Assembly: GCA_001818315.1 (NCBI GenBank)
Contig: MHKF01000012.1
Location: 251,149 to 315,148, forward strand
Source: Candidatus Kerfeldbacteria bacterium RIFCSPLOWO2_02_FULL_42_19
GTDB lineage: Bacteria; Patescibacteriota; Patescibacteriia; HO2-48-17
DNA length: 64,000 nucleotides
Reading direction: 5' to 3'
Part shown: piece by piece, positions 19,976 to 27,796 of the stretch
How positions within the stretch are numbered: the stretch's first letter is position 1
How the letters are laid out: every line of letters starts with the position of its first letter
The notes under the pieces: generated by a model
The model's database searches: none
What the model saw: the letters and a program-made list of their open reading frames with translations, nothing else
Told to the model about the DNA's origin: nothing
Translations under genes and position numbers: made by a program

Positions 19976-20598
19976 CCAAAATTATTCCTGGGATTTTAGA
20001 AAAAGATTTTTCCGAAATTCAAAAAAAGGTTCAACTCGTAAAGCCGCATGTGGATCGTGTACATATTGATATTCTCGATGGTACCTTCGTGCCGTATGAA
20101 AGTTTTTGTAATCCCGCAGAGTTGCGAACCCTCCCGATCACGCTGGAGTTGCATCTTATGATTCAGCGTCCTGAATTTGTCATACGCAAGTGGGGGGCCT
20201 TACCGAATGTTGATCGGCTCATAGTCCACCTTGAAACTGTTTCCAATGCTCAGGAAATACTTCATCTCATTCATAAAACAGGTAAGCAAGCAGGTTTCGC
20301 TGTGAATCCTGAATCGCGTATTCCTACTCTCCAGAATCCCTTGCGCGAGACGGATATGATGCTCATTATGGGCGTTGATCCTGGACAGTCCGGACAGCCG
20401 ATGCTCCCAGACAGCGTTGAGAAATTGAAGGAAGCATGCAAACTTTTTCCGGAAAAGGTCGTGAGTTTTGACGGTGGCGTGCGTATAGAGAATGTGCGTG
20501 TGATTCGTGAAGCTGGCGCTTCGGAAATTGTTGTGAACAGTGCTCTGTTTCACGCGCCGGATATTGCAGAGGCGCTTCAGTATCTTTGTGGACAATAG
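19972..20598 (+). CDS. rpe: Ribulose-phosphate 3-epimerase
   Basis: IIPGILEKDF...HIDILDGTFVP...MGVDPGQSGQ. Confidence 0.9.
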   Translation: MTKIIPGILEKDFSEIQKKVQLVKPHVDRVHIDILDGTFVPYESFCNPAELRTLPITLELHLMIQRPEFVIRKWGALPNVDRLIVHLETVSNAQEILHLIHKTGKQAGFAVNPESRIPTLQNPLRETDMMLIMGVDPGQSGQPMLPDSVEKLKEACKLFPEKVVSFDGGVRIENVRVIREAGASEIVVNSALFHAPDIAEALQYLCGQ

Positions 20599-20670
20599 GA
20601 ATGACCGCATATGATGTATTTCCTCGCGTTTACCAAACGTGTCATTCTCAAGAAGGTTGAATAAAGACGT

Positions 20671-21522
20671 ATGCTCCAAAAGATTGTGCAAATCGACAAA
20701 CTTGAGAGACTTGCGAACACGATTCGGCAAGATGTGATGCGTATGCTTGTTGCCGCTGGTTCAGGGCATTCTGCCGGGCCGCTTGGTATGGCCGATGTAT
20801 TTACGGCGCTGTATTTTACTATTCTCAATCACGACCCCAAACGGCCGAATTGGCCGGATCGCGATCGTTTGTATTTGTGTTGTGGCCATATCTGTCCTGT
20901 GCGTTATGCGGCGATGCTGCGTGCAGGCTATGGACCTGTTTCTGAAGGAAAAACATTGCGGAAACTTGGTTCGCGTCTGCAAGGGCATCCGGCGCTCCAT
21001 CACTGGGACGCTGTGGAATCTTCGTCTGGCCCTCTCGGCCAAGGCATTTCTATAGCTGTTGGCGCGGCGCTCGCTGCAAAACTTGACCACAAGAAACACT
21101 TTGTGTTTTGTGTGATGAGCGATGGGGAGCTTCAAGAAGGTCAAGTTTGGGAAGCTTATATGTTTGCTGGAAAACACAAACTTGGGAATCTTGTGACGAT
21201 TATTGATCGAAACAATATTCAGATTGATGGATTTACGGAAGAGGTTATGCCGCTCGAGCCGCTTGCAGATAAATTTCGAGCCTTTAACTGGCATGTGTTG
21301 GAAATCGACGGGAATAATATGGAGCAGATTCTGGATGCATGTAATCTCGGAAAAACGATTTATGAAAAACCAACAGTGATTATTGCGCATACGGTTCCGG
21401 GGAAAGGTGTTGATTTTATGGAAGCGGATTTTGCTTGGCACGGCAAACCTCCGAAGCCCGATGAAGCGCGTGTAGCTCTACGGGAATTACGGACACTGCG
21501 AGGGCGTATTCAACCTGAATAG
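20671..21522 (+). CDS. tktA: Transketolase, N-terminal (TPP pyrophosphate-binding) subunit
   Basis: GSGHSAGPLGMADVFTALYF, GHPA, SSGPLGQGISIAVG and DGELQEGQVWEA. Confidence 0.9.
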   Translation: MLQKIVQIDKLERLANTIRQDVMRMLVAAGSGHSAGPLGMADVFTALYFTILNHDPKRPNWPDRDRLYLCCGHICPVRYAAMLRAGYGPVSEGKTLRKLGSRLQGHPALHHWDAVESSSGPLGQGISIAVGAALAAKLDHKKHFVFCVMSDGELQEGQVWEAYMFAGKHKLGNLVTIIDRNNIQIDGFTEEVMPLEPLADKFRAFNWHVLEIDGNNMEQILDACNLGKTIYEKPTVIIAHTVPGKGVDFMEADFAWHGKPPKPDEARVALRELRTLRGRIQPE

Positions 21523-21554
21523 CATTATAGTATTGAAAATCGCAGTATAAGAGT

Positions 21555-21700
21555 TTGGTGAATATCGCTTTTTCGGAACCGGCGCTCGGTCGCTTCCGGC
21601 GAGCGACCGGCGCCTGCGCCTCTCAGCGCGCCGGCCCTACGGGACCAATCCCGGCGCGCTTCCGAGAGCTTCCTCAAAAGCAATATTCACCAAACTCTAA
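21555..21700. repeat. GC-rich structured element bounded by perfect 19-bp terminal inverted repeats, in the tktN-tktC spacer
   Basis: gtttggtgaatatcgcttt and its reverse complement aaagcaatattcaccaaac sit at the two ends. The interior contains two GC hairpins. The first is ggcgc.cggtcgc.ttccggcga.gcgaccg.gcgcc. The second is agcgcgccgg, a 16-nt loop, then ccggcgcgct. The interior is about 70% GC against about 40% for the genome. Confidence 0.8.
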
Positions 21701-21718
21701 AATGATATTCACACTCTT

Positions 21719-22768
21719 ATGCAACTCGTTGATTCCGCGCATCTTTCTCCAAAACTTTTTCGTAAGACTATTACCCTCGCACCTACTCGAGATGGATATG
21801 GACAAGGTCTTGTTGAAGTAGGGAAGCAAAATCCTAACGTTGTTGTTTTGTGTTGTGATTTAACCGAATCCACACGTTCCAATCTTTTTGCCGAGAAGTT
21901 TCCTGATCGGTTTATAGAAGTCGGCGTTGCCGAACAAAACATGGCTGGGATTGCCGCTGGGCTTGCTCTTCACGGTAAAGTTCCTTTTATGTCGAGTTAT
22001 GCTGTGTTTAGCCCCGGGAGAAATTGGGATCAATGTCGCGTGAGTATTTGTTATAATTCGGCGAATGTGAAAATCGCTGGCGCGCACGCCGGCATTTCGG
22101 TGGGTCCTGATGGAGCGACGCATCAAGCGCTTGAAGATCTTGCAATTACGCGCGTGCTTCCCGGCATGACCGTTGTTGTGCCCTGCGATGCGATTGAAGC
22201 GCAAAAGGCGACTGTTGCGGCTGCCAAGATGCGCGGGCCGGTGTACCTCCGTTTTGCGCGCGAGAAAACGCCTGTGTTTACTACAGCAAAAACGCCGTTT
22301 CGCATTGGCCGAGTCGCATTACTGACTGCTGGTGTTGACGTGAGTATTATCGCGTGCGGATCTCTTGTGTATCAGTCGCTGCTTGCTGCAAAGGAACTTG
22401 CGAAACAAAAAATGAGTGCGCAGGTGATTAACTGTCATACACTGAAACCTCTGGATGGCAACAATCTTCTGCGTTTTGTGAAAGCGACAGGTGCAATCGT
22501 CACGGTGGAAGAACATCAGATTCACGGCGGCTTGCGCGGCGCAATTGCAGAATATTTTTCTGCTGTGTACCCTGTGCCGATTCGCTCTGTTGGCATGCCG
22601 GATCGTTTCGGTGAATCGGGTGAGCCCGAGGAGCTCTTGGAAAAATACGGCATGACTGTTGAACGTATTGTGGAAGAGTCTTTGCGGGCAATACGCATGA
22701 AATCACTTAAGCATAAGAGGAATGACACATTTGCGCGAAGTTCGAGGAAAAAACGAAGCGCAGAATAA
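21719..22768 (+). CDS. tktB: Transketolase, C-terminal (pyrimidine-binding and C-terminal domain) subunit
   Basis: TRDGYGQGLVE, EVGVAEQNMAGIAAGLALHG and the transketolase C-terminal domain. Confidence 0.9.
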   Translation: MQLVDSAHLSPKLFRKTITLAPTRDGYGQGLVEVGKQNPNVVVLCCDLTESTRSNLFAEKFPDRFIEVGVAEQNMAGIAAGLALHGKVPFMSSYAVFSPGRNWDQCRVSICYNSANVKIAGAHAGISVGPDGATHQALEDLAITRVLPGMTVVVPCDAIEAQKATVAAAKMRGPVYLRFAREKTPVFTTAKTPFRIGRVALLTAGVDVSIIACGSLVYQSLLAAKELAKQKMSAQVINCHTLKPLDGNNLLRFVKATGAIVTVEEHQIHGGLRGAIAEYFSAVYPVPIRSVGMPDRFGESGEPEELLEKYGMTVERIVEESLRAIRMKSLKHKRNDTFARSSRKKRSAE

Positions 22769-22780
22769 TAAGACACGATA

Positions 22781-24010
22781 ATGACGCGGGAAAGCGCATT
22801 AGCATATTTTGAAGATGTATTACAAGCTTACGATCTTGCGCAATACGTCGCAGTTTTAGAAGCAGCGAGTGGCAAGAAAGTGATCGCTCGTTTTGCAGAG
22901 GAACTTTTTGATCATTGGAAGCAGCACAGTACACAACTTGGACTTTCGCCACGAAGCAGTGCACAAATCGTATTTACGAAGCTTCAGGAGCGTATGCAGC
23001 GTGTTGAACAAGCGCTTCGGTCTTTTTTCGAGGATCCAACATGTACGACTCTTGCATCATGGCAAACACTCTTCGAACGACTCGCTGCCTCCGTCGATCG
23101 ACACTATCTTCGCGGATTTTTCCTGAAGCAGACGGTTTGTAAGGAACTTCTACGCGCCTTTCCGCCGAAGCACGTCATGAAATTTCTTGGGTATAACAAT
23201 TTCGATGTTTTGCTTGAGCATGAGGATGTATTTGAAATTATGGCATCGCTTCGGTTTGGCGAAACCAAGGAATGGATGCATGATTTTTTTCGTCAATATA
23301 CTGACTTACGTTCATCGGATTTTGAAATACGCCAAGTCCAATGGCGTGTTTTGGATCCCCGCAAATGGGCGGCATTAAGCGATCGATTTCAACATCAAAA
23401 ATTTCATCAGTTGAGTCATCTCAAAGAAGTTGGGTTGATTTTTTTCCTTCCGCATTTTGAGTCACGTGACACGTATATTCTTATAAAACCAATGTCACTT
23501 TTCCTTCACTATGTGTATGAAATTCATTTTTTTAGTGAGTCTTTTCAGGCGGCAGCGCAAGCACCGGAAACATTTACGCAGACGCTCATTGCTCTTCTGA
23601 AGGGTGATGTTCGCATTCCGCCAGTCAAACGCACCGTCATTCCAATACTCCATCAGTATCATCTCAAAGAAGCTTCGCCTGATCCGCGAGCCTTTCAACC
23701 CCATGTACATACAGAAGTTTTGCATTGGAAGCGAGCAGTCGAAACACTTTTCAGTCTTCTTTCAAGCCAACTTTCGCCGGAAGATGTGCAGCTTTTTCAT
23801 GATGGAAATATACTCGTCCAGCGCATTGGCGAGAAACTTGTGAGCATGAATTTTTCTGATCTTGCTATTGATGAAAGGAATATAAAGACGTATCATGTAC
23901 ATGAAGCACTGTGGAACGCGCTTTTTGTTGCGCATTTTTCTGAAGAGGTTTTACGCAGCGCTTTCCTTACTCATCTTTCGCTCGGGTACTTTGATGTTAA
24001 AGCTTTGTAA
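22781..24010 (+). CDS. Hypothetical protein
   Basis: 409-aa ORF with genome-typical composition and no motif I recognise. Confidence 0.5.
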   Translation: MTRESALAYFEDVLQAYDLAQYVAVLEAASGKKVIARFAEELFDHWKQHSTQLGLSPRSSAQIVFTKLQERMQRVEQALRSFFEDPTCTTLASWQTLFERLAASVDRHYLRGFFLKQTVCKELLRAFPPKHVMKFLGYNNFDVLLEHEDVFEIMASLRFGETKEWMHDFFRQYTDLRSSDFEIRQVQWRVLDPRKWAALSDRFQHQKFHQLSHLKEVGLIFFLPHFESRDTYILIKPMSLFLHYVYEIHFFSESFQAAAQAPETFTQTLIALLKGDVRIPPVKRTVIPILHQYHLKEASPDPRAFQPHVHTEVLHWKRAVETLFSLLSSQLSPEDVQLFHDGNILVQRIGEKLVSMNFSDLAIDERNIKTYHVHEALWNALFVAHFSEEVLRSAFLTHLSLGYFDVKAL

Positions 24011-24013
24011 AAT

Positions 24014-25024
24014 ATGTTAAAAACAAAAAAGAAACCAAAAGTTTTTGTGACGCGTGTGATTCTCGGAGAAGGCATTGCGCTTCTTCATAAACATTTTCAG
24101 GTTGTTGTTCGTAAGCAATCGGGTGTTATTTCCAAGACAGAATTGTATCATGGTGCAAAAGAAGCAGATGCACTTTTGTGTCTGTTGACGGATCATATTG
24201 ATCGCGCATTTTTAGAGCGTAATAGGCACCTCAAGATTATTGCAAATTACGCTGTTGGATTTGATAATATTGATATCGAAACAGCAACGCGGTTGGGTAT
24301 TGTTGTCACGAATACACCGGGAGTGCTCAATGAAGCTGTTGCAGAGCATACCCTCGCTTTGATCTGCGCCTTGGCGCGACGCATTCCGCAGGCAGATGCT
24401 TTCGTTCGTGCCGGAAAATATCGGGGTTGGGATCCATTGCTGTTTATCGGGAGTGATTTTTTTGATAAAACGCTCGGCATTGTAGGTTTGGGGCATATCG
24501 GTCTTGATCTTGCTAAGCGCGCGAGTCAGGGATTGGGTTTTAAGTTAGTGTATCATGATTTGCATCCGAATTCACAGTTTGAACGCCATTATGGTGCGCG
24601 CTACGTGAGCTTGCCGACGCTTTTGAAACTTTCTGATTTCGTATCCATGCACGTACCATTGCTTGATTCGACGCATCATTTGATTGGCGCTAGGGAGTTG
24701 CGGATGATGAAGCGTACCAGCTACTTGATTAATACTTCTCGCGGTCCGGTGATCGATGAAAAAGCTCTTGTGCAAGCGCTCCGCAAAGGTGTAATCGCCG
24801 GCGCTGCCTTAGATGTTTTCGAACATGAACCTAAGCTTACCACGGGTCTTACGCGTTTGCCGAATGTCGTTTTGACACCGCATATTGCCTCTGCTACGGT
24901 TGCAGCACGCGGGAAGATGTCTGTTTTAGCCGCGCAGGGTATTGTCCAAAGTTTTGCTGGTAAGCAGCCGGAGAATATCGTGAATCCTCTTGTGTGGCGG
25001 CGCGCGCTTCTGCGTTTGGCATAA
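24014..25024 (+). CDS. D-isomer-specific 2-hydroxyacid dehydrogenase (glyoxylate/hydroxypyruvate reductase-like)
   Basis: Rossmann GIVGLGHIGLDLA, the catalytic R/E/H arrangement, and LTPHIASAT. Confidence 0.88.
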   Translation: MLKTKKKPKVFVTRVILGEGIALLHKHFQVVVRKQSGVISKTELYHGAKEADALLCLLTDHIDRAFLERNRHLKIIANYAVGFDNIDIETATRLGIVVTNTPGVLNEAVAEHTLALICALARRIPQADAFVRAGKYRGWDPLLFIGSDFFDKTLGIVGLGHIGLDLAKRASQGLGFKLVYHDLHPNSQFERHYGARYVSLPTLLKLSDFVSMHVPLLDSTHHLIGARELRMMKRTSYLINTSRGPVIDEKALVQALRKGVIAGAALDVFEHEPKLTTGLTRLPNVVLTPHIASATVAARGKMSVLAAQGIVQSFAGKQPENIVNPLVWRRALLRLA

Positions 25025-25046
25025 TAGAATCCTACAATAACGCTTC

Positions 25047-25107
25047 TTCTTGAGGATATATTGCTTTTCAGAACACCCAGAAAAGTGTTCGTTCAAAGCA
25101 ATATATC
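25047..25107. repeat. Small palindromic element, family B
   Basis: cttgaggatatattgcttt pairs with aaagcaatatatcctcgag, flanking cagaacacccagaaaagtgttcgttc. The core is shared with the 18123 copy, and the arm ends are related to the 21555 element. Confidence 0.7.
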
Positions 25108-25132
25108 CTCGAGAAGACACTCTTTTTTTGGT

Positions 25133-25936
25133 ATGATTCCTTATTATCAATTCACTACTTTAAACATTGGACCCATCACGATACAAGTGTGGGGACTTAT
25201 GGTTTCGCTCGGCATCGCAGCAGCGCTGGTAGTTATTTACAAGCGGGCTAAAAGATTTGGTTTGGACACGCAGTTGATTTTTGACATGGCATTTTGGTTA
25301 TTATTCGGTGCTTTACTCGGTGCGCGGGTTTTATATGTTGTGTATAACCCGACGTATATTTTTGCATCATTCTGGAATTTTTTTCGGGTGTGGGAAGGCG
25401 GCATGTCTATTATGGGTGGGTTCTTAGGTTCACTCCTTGCTGCGTATTTCGTCTGGCGAAAACGGCGATTTGATTTTTTGGCGTATGCTGATGTGATGTT
25501 GTTTGGCTTGCCGTTGGGTTTATTTATTGGCCGATTAGGATGTGGCGCGATTCATGATCATATTGGGAAACCCACGACTCTGCCGTGGGGTATCGCGTGG
25601 CCGGATGGCACCGTGCGTCATGAAAATGGCTTGTACCTCTCGCTGAAAGGCTTAGTCTTGTTTGTGATTATGCTTCTTGCGCACCGCAAGCCGCGATGGA
25701 AAGGGTTTACGACCGTTTTGTTTTTGATCTTGTATGGCACCGTGCGATTTTTTCTTGACTTTTTGCGCGCCGTGGATTTACCGGGAGTTTCCGATGTTCG
25801 TTATTTTGGTTTGACTCCAGCGCAATATTTGAGCATCGTGATGGTACTCTTCGGTGGTTATCTCTATTGGCGACTGAGGCTCCGTAAGTCAGTTGTAGCA
25901 ACTCACTCTGCGCAACATTCGATGACAAATTCATAA
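25133..25936 (+). CDS. lgt: Prolipoprotein diacylglyceryl transferase
   Basis: Lgt signature (GPITIQVWGLM...GARVLYV...GGFLGSLLA...GRLGCGAIHDHIGKPTTLPWGI). Confidence 0.9.
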   Translation: MIPYYQFTTLNIGPITIQVWGLMVSLGIAAALVVIYKRAKRFGLDTQLIFDMAFWLLFGALLGARVLYVVYNPTYIFASFWNFFRVWEGGMSIMGGFLGSLLAAYFVWRKRRFDFLAYADVMLFGLPLGLFIGRLGCGAIHDHIGKPTTLPWGIAWPDGTVRHENGLYLSLKGLVLFVIMLLAHRKPRWKGFTTVLFLILYGTVRFFLDFLRAVDLPGVSDVRYFGLTPAQYLSIVMVLFGGYLYWRLRLRKSVVATHSAQHSMTNS

Positions 25937-25940
25937 AGAG

Positions 25941-26018
25941 CAAAGAGGAGGAAGACTCTACTTTCGCAGCACTGACAAGGCATTATGTGCTGCGAAAGTA
26001 GAGTCTTCCTCCTCTTTT
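25941..26018. repeat. Family A hairpin with a perfect 32-bp stem, immediately 3' of lgt (likely terminator)
   Basis: caaagaggaggaagactctactttcgcagcac, loop tgacaaggcattat, then the exact reverse complement. A T-run follows. Confidence 0.85.
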
Positions 26019-26291
26019 TTCTATGATCAAAATGTATTTTTCACAGGCGAAAGCGCATTCGGCGGCAGTTTCATAAAGGTATTTTTTATTTAGCCATTTT
26101 TTTTATTTTCAACTTGATCATTCCGCGTCAGCTTGCTACGCGGAGGTTCATTTGGAGTAAGTTTGACATTTTCTTTATTTTGTGATATAATTTTATTCCA
26201 AATTCAGGATTGTGAAAGTGCGTCGTGCGCTCTAAGCAATCGCTGAAGGAACCTTAAAAATTCAACAAATGAGCGACCAGCGTTTGTAAAG

Positions 26292-27293
26292 ATGGTCTTT
26301 CGAAACGTCTGGCGCTTCTACAGAAAAAGGGGACAAAGCATGTACTATCTTTGCATTTTTTTAGTGGCAGTCTTCATTGCGTTGATGATTTTCCGGAGGA
26401 ACTGGGATCGGGTGGTGTTCACGGACGCTCACGTTTGGATTTCCGATATCATTGTAGGTGTGGTGGCGGCGGGAGTGTGGTTATTCCTTAATCATCTGAA
26501 TGAGAAGTTCCTGTCGGACTCCGGATGGTGGTGGTTGGTGTATGAAGGTTTCCTCGTGCTTGGGGCGTTTTTCCTACTGCGAGGAACCAGGAAGGTCGTC
26601 CCGCCGTGTAGGAGGTGGCGGGTGTACGGGTTCAACGGCCTCGAGGACCCGGATCTATTGGACGGCCAGAATCTCGTGCCGCCATGGAAGGACGTGTACG
26701 AGGCGGCGGACAACACCGCGGACACCAAATGGGAAATGGTGAAGGGCGAGTGGCAGTGGCGTCGAGATGCCATGCGCTCGACGCTGATCTTGATGGTCCT
26801 TTTCGTTCCAACCTTTCTCCTGCACTGCCTCGTAGAGAACCCGCACTTTCTGGTGGGGGTTTCCTGGGTCAAAACAGGTGCGAGGATTGTGGCCACAGGG
26901 AGCACCACCGTCAGTACGCCTTTCGAGGATTACCTGGAGGAAGAGAAGGCGGTGGAGTACCGGCCATTTTACCCGGAGACCTGCCGCTTCCGGATTGACC
27001 CGCCGGGAAACCCCTCTTTAATTGAGGTTGACATGGTCTTGGAGTCCACTTTGCGGCAAAATCCAGAAGTTTGGACCAGGACGCCGTACACCACGCCGAA
27101 CTTTGGAATTTGGCACCTCCGGAAGCACGAGTTCTATCAGCAGTTCCGGAGGGAGCCGTGGGTTCTCCGGCTGAACCTCAGGCGGGTCGATCAACACGGA
27201 TTTGTTCACAAAACTTACATCCGGTTGATGGTCGACTGTGCGGACCGCGGTCATGGTGCGTCGGGGGCCACTGTAGTATCTGCAGCACCGTGA
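26292..27293 (+). CDS. Hypothetical Trp-rich membrane protein with anomalous GC composition (likely horizontally acquired)
   Basis: Region 26450-27300 is about 58% GC against about 40% elsewhere, with spurious open frames on all strands, typical of high GC. Four N-terminal TM helices. The true start is probably MYYLCIF at 26340. Confidence 0.5.
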   Translation: MVFRNVWRFYRKRGQSMYYLCIFLVAVFIALMIFRRNWDRVVFTDAHVWISDIIVGVVAAGVWLFLNHLNEKFLSDSGWWWLVYEGFLVLGAFFLLRGTRKVVPPCRRWRVYGFNGLEDPDLLDGQNLVPPWKDVYEAADNTADTKWEMVKGEWQWRRDAMRSTLILMVLFVPTFLLHCLVENPHFLVGVSWVKTGARIVATGSTTVSTPFEDYLEEEKAVEYRPFYPETCRFRIDPPGNPSLIEVDMVLESTLRQNPEVWTRTPYTTPNFGIWHLRKHEFYQQFRREPWVLRLNLRRVDQHGFVHKTYIRLMVDCADRGHGASGATVVSAAP

Positions 27294-27457
27294 GTGATGT
27301 CCCTCGATTCTCATACGGCGTCGTAGTGCCCGGCGCCACGATTTTACACCTTCGTTTAGCCCTTTATTAGAACCCTCCAAGCTTTCGAGCGCGGAGGGTT
27401 CTTTGTTTTCTTATAGCACAGTTATCAAAAATGAGTTTCGACAATACACAGATAAGA

Positions 27458-27533
27458 GATAAGAGAGGAGAAGATGATAAGCTTTCGAAGCACTAACACT
27501 GCACTGTGTGCTAAGAAAGGTTATCATCTTCTC
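27458..27533. repeat. Family A hairpin in reverse orientation, 23-bp perfect stem
   Basis: gataagagaggagaagatgataa, a 30-nt loop containing gcactgtgtgctaagaaag (the core in reverse complement), then ttatcatcttctcctctcttatc. Confidence 0.85.
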
Positions 27534-27796
27534 CTCTCTTATCTCGTTTCGATTGTATTGCGCTGCGCCTGTGATTCATCAACTCGTGGTATAATGGGTC
27601 TGTTGCCGAATACCATTTCTGTTGCAATCGTAGCATTTCGGCCAGAATCGCTTCAAAATTTTTCGGCTTATATTCCATATAAACCTCAAAATTTATTCAG
27701 CGATTCTGTCACGAAATTCTACGATTTCACAGGCGAAAGCGCATTCGGCGACAGACCCATAATAGAAATCGATCGTTTACTCTTAAAATTTTCAAC

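Noticed and set aside
26492-27380. Multiple overlapping listed ORFs on both strands (26492..26908-, 26615..26998+, 26655..26846-, 27018..27380-, 27071..27370+)
   Set aside because: They are artefacts of the locally high GC content, which yields few stop codons. They are nested within or antisense to the 26292..27293 frame.
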